From positions 1-33,789 of the forward strand of contig CDMY01000668.1 of NCBI GenBank assembly GCA_001179505.1: a stretch of 33,789 nucleotides of DNA, read 5' to 3'. The DNA comes from Vitrella brassicaformis CCMP3155 (taxonomy: Eukaryota; Protista; Chromerida). Under the pieces are notes generated by a model. It saw only the letters and a program-made list of their open reading frames with translations. It was not told the DNA's origin and made no database searches. Shown here piece after piece: positions 11,400-20,738 of the stretch; position 1 is the stretch's first letter; the number at the start of each line of letters is the position of its first letter. Both the position numbers and the translations under genes were made by a program.

Positions 11400-14300
11400 A
11401 TGCAGCAGCCAACCGTTGAGCAACCATCGGCAGCGGATGGAGGCCAGGCAGCTACCGAAAGGGACAGATCGGCTGAGGTGGCGTGTCTGGACGGCGGGCA
11501 GCTGACCATGCATAACGAAGCCATCACGGGAGGCCAGACACCACACACATCAGGTACGGACACACAGCAGAGCTGCTTCTGTATCAGATAATAGCTGGTT
11601 CTTATGTGTTGATTCACCATCTGCAGAAGCAGCAACGTCCGATGCCGGAAAGGGCAAGGCTCGCCACAGGCACGAGCACCAGTCGAGTGTGGCGGCCGTC
11701 GACTCTCGATCGTCATCCCCACACTCACCACGAAGGCGCAAGGCAGCCAAGAGTGATGGTGCGTCGGTGTCTGCCGGTGATGTGTGGTCGTCCATCTGTA
11801 TGTCTGACCCCCAGTGGGCCGCCGACAGAGACAGCAAGGCCGGCAGCAAGGGGAAGACCGTCATCACCAAATCGGGTGAGGAGACCAAGAGGCGAATCCA
11901 ACACACCGCTGCAACCGATTGATTATGTGTGGTACCAACTGCAGTGCATCAGTCTGACGTGGTGGGAGTTTGTTGGCACAACGAGAGGCAGGCCTGGCAG
12001 ACAACGTGGTACGAGAAGAACGAACGAAAGACACAGTTTTTCTACGTCAGCGAGCATGGCTATGACAGAGCCAAGGTGCGCACAACGTCCCCTCTCCCCC
12101 TGAGTCTCTCCATTGTGCATCCGTCCGTCAGGCGTTGGCCGAGCAGCATCGTTGTGAGCTGGAGCGCACCGGTCGGGCGGCGGTCAAGAAGCGAGCGGAG
12201 CACCAGAGCGGCGTCAGGGGCGTCCACTACCACAAGGGCAGCAACGCATGGGTGGCCTCATGGCAGGAGGGCGGCAGACAGAGGAAGGAGAAGAAGCTTT
12301 CTGTGCGGCAGCTGGGCTATGAGGGCGCCAAGCGGGCCGCCATCTCCCACAGACGGAAGATGGAGAAACGACACCACGAGTATCGAGTGGCCGCGTCTCC
12401 ACCGCCCCCGTCATTCGAGCTGGATGATGACAGTCGTCCACCGATCCGCCCCACCAAGCGGCGACGCAAGGACACAATGGATCACAGCAGCACTGCTGAT
12501 GACACCCAACCGACCGACAGCAATGGGCAGCCAGCCGACGAGTCGGCCAGTGACATCGCTCGGCTTGACACGACGTGTGATGCGGCTGCGCTGGCCGTTT
12601 TGCTGGAGGGTGTGCGTGCGAGCGATCCTGGGAGTGGCGGTCGGTATGAGATCGTCACAGTGACGGTGGCCGGCCAGCAGACGAGGGCCATTCGGTGGAG
12701 GCCAACAGGTGCGTCTCACTCGTCCGTTCACTGACTGCCGTCCATTGGTGTGTGTGTGTGGTTACAGGTGTGGATGTGCCGTCTGATGGGCGAGTGACTG
12801 CCCAGGCCATGAGGGCGGGGCGGCCTCCCAGAGAGGAGAGGAGCGATTGGCCACTTCCCCTCCCCCACGCCGAGGCATCGACGGCAGCGCATCGCAATAA
12901 CGGTGAGCCAGACAGCACTTAGACGCCAGATTGGGTACACACAGCCTCCCACACGCCCTCTTCTGGCTGTCTGGCTGTGTGTCAATTGACTCCGGGTGCA
13001 CCGACCCAGAGGAGCGGCACACGCCAAGCAGCTCTGTCGATGGGCATGGCGGCCATGACGGCCGTGTGGCCTCGGCTGCCCGCAGCCCCCATCCCAAGCT
13101 GTGCGGCCCAGCCGGCCGTCAGGTGGCGGGAGAACTGACGGGCAATGCGCTGGCTCGCGCACTGGTGCGGTGGATGAGGGACCAGCAGCCGGGCGAGCTC
13201 CATGCACTAGACAGGGGAGGGTGAGCATGACATAGGTCATGACACTGTCACGTCACTTGTGCATCTGCGTGTGTCATATCTGTGTCAGTATCGGCATCTC
13301 GTGGCGGACCAACTACAGTTGTGAGGCTTACTTCTGGGACAGCGACGCATCGACGGCCGTCGATCTGCGTCAGTTTCCCGTCGGCCACGGCGCTTCCCCC
13401 GCGGCCATCTTCACGGCCTTTCGTGAGGCCGTCGAGTACCGCAATGCGCTCCACCGGTCGCGTGTGGGCGATCGGGCAATGCTCATCGATCTGTCGTGGC
13501 TGCAGCGAGCACAGCAGGGGCAGGGGCAAGGCGGCGTCCCTGGTGTCCCTCCCAACCGCAACAGTCATCTGTACGGGGGCAGCAACCGCAGCAAGAGGCC
13601 CAGGCTCGACCCACCGTTGGACCCCCCTCTCTGTCCCCGCCCTGCCCCGGCCGCCGCTCCTCATCTCCCGGCCCGCCCCCCTATGAGTCGACAGGGCGAC
13701 GCGACACTGGGCCGACGTGCCCGGCAGAGGAGCATCGTGGCTCGGGCGGCCCGCCAGTCTGATGACGGCAGCCGCTCACCGTCTCCCCAGCCACGACGGA
13801 GGCGCAAGGCGGCCAAGAGGGATGGTGCGTCGGTGTCTGCCGGTGATGTGCTGTCGTCCATCGGTATGTCTGACCCCCAGTGGACCCCCAACAGAGACAG
13901 CAAGGCCGGCAGCAAGGGGAAGACTGTCATCACCAAACCCGGTGAGGAAACCAACAAGCGAATTCAACGCAACAGCGCAACCCGATTGATTATGTGTGGT
14001 ACCAACTGCAGAGCATCAGTCTGACGTGGTGGGAGTTTGTTGGTCCAGCGCGATGCAGGCCTGGAGGGCATTGTGGTACGAGAAGGGCGACTCGAAGAAG
14101 CAGAAGTGCTTCTACGTCAAAGACCATGGCTTCGACACAGCCAAGGTGCGAACCACGTCCCCTCTTGCCCTCTCCCTCTGAGTGTCTCATATGTGTGCTT
14201 CCATCTATCAGGCGTTGGCGGAGGAGCATCGTCGTGAGCTGGAGCGCACCGGACGGGCGTCGGTGAGGAAGCTATCAAAGCACCAGAGCGGCGTCAAGGG

Positions 14301-14489
14301 CGTGTGGTACGACAAGGCGAACAATTGCTGGATGGCCAGCTGGCAGGAGGGCGGCAAAGAGAAGAGAAGCCCTTCTCAATCGCTGAGCTGGGCTATGAGG
14401 GTGCCAAGCAGGCCGCCATTGGACATCGCCGGGCGATGGAGGCGAAGCATTACAGATACCACAACAAGAGAGAGACGGCCGCCGAGTGA
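11400..14489 (+). CDS. ApiAP2-type multi-AP2-domain protein (4 clear AP2 domains + 1 divergent AP2-like), frameshift in last domain
   Basis: AP2 motifs HQSDVVGVCWHNERQAWQTTWYE..FYVSEHGYDRAKALAEQHR, HQSGVRGVHYHKGSNAWVASWQE..LSVRQLGYEGAKRAAISHR, and a duplicated pair at ~14009-14460. GT-AG introns (e.g. 11876-11944, 12076-12131) restore frame. A 1-nt frame break at ~14362-14367 separates GGKEK from KPFSIAELGYEGAKQAAIGHRR. The start could be 11319. Confidence 0.85.
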
Positions 14490-14550
14490 GTGACAGAGGC
14501 ATAGAGGGAAGGATTGAGGGAGGGAGAGAGCGAGGGAGAGAGCGAGGGAG

Positions 14551-14610
14551 AGGTGGGGCCGTCTGACGGATCTAAGACTTAGGTGGGGCCGTCTGACGGA
14601 TCTAAGACTT
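14551..14610. repeat. Perfect 30-bp tandem duplication
   Basis: aggtggggccgtctgacggatctaagactt x2, directly after a short (gagggagagagc) repeat and ~90 bp before the gap. Confidence 0.95.
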
Positions 14611-14702
14611 ATGGCATTCTATACGTCTGAGGGAGATGGGGGGGGTCGGGTCTTCCTTAGGGAGAAATGCGGACCACTGCACACATGGCATTCGGCTTTT
14701 TT

Positions 14703-15002
14703 NNNNNNNNNNNNNNNNNNNNNNNNNNNNNNNNNNNNNNNNNNNNNNNNNNNNNNNNNNNNNNNNNNNNNNNNNNNNNNNNNNNNNNNNNNNNNNNNNN
14801 NNNNNNNNNNNNNNNNNNNNNNNNNNNNNNNNNNNNNNNNNNNNNNNNNNNNNNNNNNNNNNNNNNNNNNNNNNNNNNNNNNNNNNNNNNNNNNNNNNNN
14901 NNNNNNNNNNNNNNNNNNNNNNNNNNNNNNNNNNNNNNNNNNNNNNNNNNNNNNNNNNNNNNNNNNNNNNNNNNNNNNNNNNNNNNNNNNNNNNNNNNNN
15001 NN
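14703..15002. other. Assembly gap (300 N)
   Basis: Run of N. Confidence 1.
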
Positions 15003-15538
15003 GACGTTCGTCACTCACTCGCTCACTCAGTGGTCTCCGTGACCAGAATGGGCATTTATCTATCGGGGAATGGGTGACACATACACTACACCTCGGCTTC
15101 CCTCAGATCCCTTCCTGTGTTTTTTCTGCTCCCTTTTGATGTGGTGATGGTTCCTGTTGGTTGGCATTGCATTGGTCGTTGTCGTGTTGCGGTTGGCTGG
15201 CCGGGTGACTGACTGGCCGCCTGACCTGATCGATGCTCCCTCTCTCTGTGTGTCTGCTGCATTGCATGTGTCGTATTGGTCAGCCATGCAAAGCCATCTG
15301 ACACAAACGGGACACGCCCCTTACTTGGCCACTTTGGCCATTCGTAAACTATCCCATATAAGTTTCGAGGAAGAGAACCACCCGAACCACCTGAAAGGAG
15401 AGGATCATGCTGGGACACGGGACTCTTCCGCATTATATTCATTCTCCTTGTCCCGGCCCTCCCAGTCTGTTCAGTTGTTCCCTAAGTCCCTCCATCCCCC
15501 TCTCTCTGTTCAATCGCAAGACAACTTCGTGACACAAG

Positions 15539-16230
15539 ATGAAGGACATCGAGTCAGGCGTCAAGGTGCGAGAGCGCGCGGCTTCCGAGACCACCGACAA
15601 AGGCCTGGCACACGGCCACCACAAGTTCCCCGTCGTGGCCGTTGTGGCGCTCGCCGCCATTGCTGTGGCCGTGGCTGGACTGGTCGTGGGAGCCGTTGCC
15701 CTGCAGAAAGCCGTCTTCAAGGAGACTGCCACGGACGGCGTGGTGAGTGGAGTGCATGGCAGATCTATCGAATACAGACAGGGAGGGGGAGGAGGGCAAG
15801 GTGTGTGTCGATGACTGTCTGTCTGTCTGGTTGTGTGTGTTTGGTGTGTGCAGATGGTGCACATGACGGCCGGAGCGGACGATCAGCATCGAGTCCTGCA
15901 GGCTTTGTGCATGGCCAACCGCATGGTAAGCACATGAAAGAGCCGCTGTGCAAAATTGAGCGTATGTGTGTGTGTGTGTGTGTGTGTGTGCAGGTCGACG
16001 CGGGCAAGGACGTGATTGTCTTCTGCGATGTCGACTGCCCCCCGCTGATGGCCAAGACTGCCGAGGACTTCACTGTCGAGGAGGCCCCTTGTGTGGCCGA
16101 CACATCCAAGAGTGGTCTAATTGACAAGCTGGTGGCCAGGGGGGTGCCGATCTCTGTGTGCCCGGGGTGCGTCGCCAAACACGGCCTCTCGATGGAGGAC
16201 CTCAGAGACGGTGTTGACGAGGTGACCAGC

Positions 16231-16261
<31 letters not shown>

Positions 16262-16380
16262 GGGAGGGAGGGAGGGAGGAGTGCATCATCGATGACACAC
16301 GCGTGTGTGTGTGTGTGCAGCACGACGCCAACGAGTTCTTCGCGTTCACGGAAGGGCGGATGCTCCATTTCGACTACTGA
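15539..16380 (+). CDS. DsrE/DsrF-like family protein with N-terminal transmembrane anchor (187 aa)
   Basis: Exons 15539-15742, 15854-15925, 15994-16221 and 16321-16380, all GT-AG and phase 0. Protein: TM segment FPVVAVVALAAIAVAVAGLVVGAVAL, then MVHMTAGADDQHRVLQALCMA..GKDVIVFCD..LVARGVPISVCPGCVAKHGLSMEDLRDGV..FFAFTEGRMLHFDY*. This matches my recollection of bacterial DsrE-like proteins (HxTxGxDDxHR start, CPxC, short xxDY C-terminus). Confidence 0.8.
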
Positions 16381-17466
16381 CTGATTGCACAGCCCAGCCA
16401 GCCGCGTGTGTTGCGTTGGGTGGCTCTCTTTCTTCTATGCGTGTCAGTCGTGTGAGCCACCCTCTCTCCCTCCCACACAGCGTTTCTAATGTGCTCTTTT
16501 TGGTGTCTGTCTGTCTGCGTGTGTGTGCCTATACGGATGGCCGGCCATTGTGGCGCGGCGCGTGTGGATATGGGGTGGGTGCGTCAGTCACTCACTCAGC
16601 CAGGGGTGCACTGCGGCACAGGGGCGTGTGCGACCGAGTGACAGCTTCCTTTGTCCATCGCCCATTCGCAGAGGGGCTGTGTGCTTGGGCGATGGACGGC
16701 ATGTGACACGTGTGTGTGTGTGTGTGTGTGTGTGCCCTTTATCGTATGCGCGTTGTGTGTATCCTTGCTCTTTTTATACTTATATGTATGTGGATTACAT
16801 CACCTGTCATGGCGCTTCATGTGGGTCTGTGGCTGCCATGCTATGCGTGTGGCGCGTTTTCCGTCCGCAGGACAGATCGACGGATGGGCCACTTTGTGTG
16901 GTGTGGGTGTGGGTGTGGTGTGTTGTGTGCCCATGCGGTCGTGTGCATGCTGCAAGGATGGATGGATGGATGGATTGGATTGCTCGGTGAGAGTGAGTGG
17001 GTGCATGATGGACAATACGATTGCTGTACATATGAAACCATTCGAACTCCCGCAGCGCCACACCCCACACATTCATGCCACCAGGCGGCCAGACCACCAA
17101 AACAACCAAATACGGCTCTGCATGCCTGCCCATCGATGGTGAATGCAATATGTCAATGTATTGTGTGACTGGTCGGCTCGACAACAGAAGAGAGAGAGAA
17201 AGGGCATTGAAGTCTGTTTGATTGAAACCGTCCATAAGGATTTCGCTTTGCGTGAATCGAGCCATCCTTGGAGCCATCCATCCGTCCAGCAAGACAAACA
17301 CATCGCATACACACGGATGAGTCGTTCCACACAAGGACCACCGACAGCAGCAAGGAACACATTGGCGCCAACACGCCATTGCAGCTCACATGCAGCACAC
17401 CCTTTGCTATACATCGCACTTCTCTCTTCCATACTACGTCTTGTTTGCTTGGATGTCTCTCGTTGA

Positions 17467-17912
17467 TCATGCCATGAGGGTCACGCCGTTCTTGCAGTCG
17501 CGGGGCGTGGTAGCGGCAGTCGACGAGCCCGACACACACGAGGCCTTGGAGTACTGCACCACAGCCTTGGCGCCAACCTGAACCAAAAGAACACATCAAC
17601 AAAGAATGCATTGCAAAACGACACATTTATGGCCACCGCATCCACGCCCCGCCTGTGTGGATGTACCTGGCTGATGTCCGTGTCGATATCCTTGATCTCC
17701 TTGACCTTCTTGCCATCCTCACCGTTGCATGCGCAGCCGTCCTTCTCGGCACCGTTCGTCGCCGTCACCTTCACCAGCAGGGCATTGCGGCGCTTCATGA
17801 TGGTAGATCCGGCTATGGGGCCCAGCGTGATGTCGGTGCGGTGCAGCGACGGGTTGAGCCGCGAGTACGTGGGGATGTGGGGCGTCAGCGGACTCGCACA
17901 CTCAGCCGCCAT
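17467..17912 (-). CDS. Small hypothetical protein (~118 aa, 2 exons)
   Basis: Exon 17912-17667 (MAAECASPLTPHIPTYSRLNP...KEIKDIDTDISQ) plus GT-AG intron plus exon 17577-17467 (VGAKAVVQYSK...TLMA*). No family recognised. Confidence 0.55.
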
Positions 17913-18425
17913 CGGTGCTGTGGGTAGCTGTGGGGCGAATGCAGAGCCAGACAGATGGGAACCAACGTAAGTCGATAGGAGGGAGCGAAAGCAGCGAAAA
18001 GGGACACAATTGAACCGCGAGAATGTCGAGCCCCACTGGCACTTCGTCGCCTTTTTGTCTCGACTTTCAAGCTCGCGCGAATCTCCTGTCCGCAGATCTT
18101 CTGTTACCGTGCTGTTCTCGACACCTGTGGAATCCAATCGGTGCCTTTCACGAAATGTTCATGTCTTTCACGTGCAGGAGGTGACGGCCAAGTTGGCCGT
18201 TGAGCAATGCAGTGGACGCATCGTTCTAAGCGAGAGGTGTGATGGATTGGTTTTGGATCAAAATTGAGACACTCATGCAGACAGACACAGATGAATCAAA
18301 CGGTCCAGCCGCCCATGCACACCAGTCCATCCAAGCAGCACATAAGTCGGTCTGTCGATTTGTGTGTGAGGCCATACATGTCTGCCGCTGGTGTCGTCGC
18401 ACTGGCTCCTCCTCTTCTCACTCAC

Positions 18426-19487
18426 TCAGCCCGACTTCACCTGCAGAGCACGCAGACATCCATAGATTCATGCGTGTCGGTCGTGTCTCTGCCTTCCCCA
18501 CCCACCCCACCTACTCACGTGATAGATGGCGATCTCCTTTGCATTGCAGTACCAGTCTCCCGCCAGTGTGCCGTCGCCGTTGTCGTGTGTCACTCCCAGG
18601 TAGCTCGCCGGCAGGTCCTCCTTCGCCACCCACTGATACATGCTGCGCACGTCATCCGCGGGGCCTGGGCTGCCGTCGCAGAGCCACAGATACCCACAGC
18701 CAATGGCCATCTGCACACAGGAACAGCCGTGTCCTGTTCGTGCTGCTTTGTTCTTCGCTTTGCCCCTCATCAACCCACCTTGCCGCGCTTGTTCGCATTG
18801 CCGACCTTGATGGATGCGTCGCGGCCGGCCACCATCACCTTCTGTCTGGCCGTGGGGATGGGCACCTTGGTTGGCGGAGAGTACGCACCGCTGATCGAGA
18901 TGAGGAAGTGCGGCACCCTGTATCCATTGGTCTGTGTGGGGTCGGCGGGCGGCTTGAGTTGGCCGTCGACAAAGACGCCGAATCGGTATGTGTCGTTGTG
19001 GTTGATGAGGAACAGCAGACCGCTCGCATCGCCCACCTTGTCCACCATCGTGCCGAAGTCACCACCGTCACGCGTCGAACTGACAGAGAGCAAAGAGAAC
19101 GGGGTGAGAGTGACACTGCGAGAGATCATATGGCTGTCTCTGCTTACCTGTAGAGGAGTTTGGTCGAGGGGTTGGGTATCTTGGTAGCACCTCCTGCGTC
19201 TCCTCGAAGGTGAGGAAGGGGGCCGGGGGCCGATGGATGTCCTCCATCTTGAGGCCATACATCTCAACATCCTTCTGCACACACACACAGACACACACAC
19301 ACACAGGTTGAGTGCATGGCCGCCTTGATGAAGTCATGTGTGAACAGATAAGCCATACCTTCAGCTGAGCGATGTACCTGGGCTTGGCCGAGGGCTTCTT
19401 GACCAGGGCACCGGGCCGCTTCTCTTGTCGAAGGCGGCGAGCAAAGTCCACCACCTGAATGGCCGCCAGAAGGACTTGCAGTGTGCC

Positions 19488-19522
<35 letters not shown>

Positions 19523-20685
19523 TGTGTGTTGTGGTTGTGTGTCACCTTCGTGAAGTGCTCAACGGATGTCTGGCGGATGGGTACGTCGCCCTGCACAATC
19601 TCACTACTGCACACCACACGCACAAATGAGGAAAGAACACAACGCGTCCACACAATGGCAGTGTATGTGTGTGTCGTGGGTGCCTTCTCACCTGAACCGT
19701 TTGTAGAGGAGGTTGTCGGTGCCGAGCTGCGATAGCGTCGCGTCGGTGGTCGACACTCTCTTGCGCAGGACGGTCACGGTCTTCACCTCGTGGGCGCTGC
19801 CGTCCTCTGCTCGGAGAAATGGCCCCATCGCCTTGCCGAACTCCTCCAACTCCCCCGCCGCGCCCTTGAGCTCTGCCACTGCCCTCTTATAGCCCTCCAC
19901 GTATTTACTGATCTTATCCATCACGCCGCCCTCCCCGCCGCCATCCCCTGCCCCCTCCCCAGCGGCCCGCACCTTATTGCCCCCCTCCTTGTTGCCCTCC
20001 GCCGCCCCTCTGGTGTCCATGTGTGTGTTGTCGGACGGCGTGTCGATCTCGAGAGTGGTCTGGGTGAGGAACAGCTCCTGGTGGAAGGAATAGCTGGGGT
20101 CCTCCTTCTGTGTGTCGTCCAACTCGATCTCGTGCTCCTCGCCCTGGGCGTCAGCACCCTCAACCAAAGCCATCTCGTCAGACAACCTGACGAGGCTCAG
20201 CGCCAAGGAGAGCAAAGGCAAAGCGCAATGAACACAACACAAACAGACCCGCATTCTTCTTCAACCCACCACTTGACGTAGCTGCTGTCAGCGTCGAGGA
20301 AGGGCCGGCCCTCCTCATCGCGCGGCAGGGCGTCCACACAGTACAGCAGCAGATGGGCGAAGTAGGTGCGACGGAGCTGATCCAGCATCAGCCCCTTCCG
20401 GGACACACCCACCACCCGGCCGCCCACATTGACCTCCACCTCCCCATCGATGCCGCCCGTCAGCTCCAACTTGCCGCCCGTGCTCTCAATCAGCACTTTG
20501 ATGGCCTCGGCTTTGGTCTGCAGCTGCTGACGGGCAGTCCGGGCGGCGTTCTCGATGGCGAGCAGGGCGGCATTGGCTTTGTGCAGCGATCTGTCAAAGG
20601 AATGGCGGCCAGTGCGAGGGGCAGGGTGGGGCTGAGCATCCGATGGCTGGCCGCCAGCCGCGGCGGCAGCGCCACCCTCCAACAT
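18426..20685 (-). pseudogene. Tandem BTB/POZ + TLDc protein, copy B, with 7-nt frameshifting deletion before TLDc
   Basis: Same exon structure and motifs as copy A, including terminal mini-exon VKSG* (18440-18426). It lacks GGCCATG (coding strand) between 19185 and 19186 relative to copy A: GAGGTGCT-ACCAAG versus GAGGTGCTGGCCATGACCAAG. Confidence 0.85.
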
Positions 20686-20738
20686 TCTCTCTGAACAGGC
20701 GATCCACATTGTAAACGATTGGGCTTGGTGACTGGGAG

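Noticed and set aside
11920-14024. Apparent stop codons (11920-11922, 14022-14024) breaking the AP2 gene before each AP2 doublet
   Set aside because: Phase-1 GT-AG introns (11876-11944 and its duplicate) remove or reframe them, giving ITKSVHQSDV and ITKPEHQSDV.
14551-14610. 30-bp repeats as a CRISPR array
   Set aside because: Two adjacent copies with no spacer, eukaryotic context, and no cas genes.
14602-15139. ORFs spanning the N run
   Set aside because: Artefacts of translating N.
15157-16380. 407-aa single-exon ORF
   Set aside because: It reads through microsatellite introns (CVCVCV, HTHTHT) and is out of frame with exons 1-2. The 4-exon 187-aa model is coherent.
16400-17400. Cys/Val- or His/Thr-rich ORFs
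   Set aside because: Translations of (GT)n, (CA)n and (GGAT)n microsatellites in intergenic or UTR DNA.
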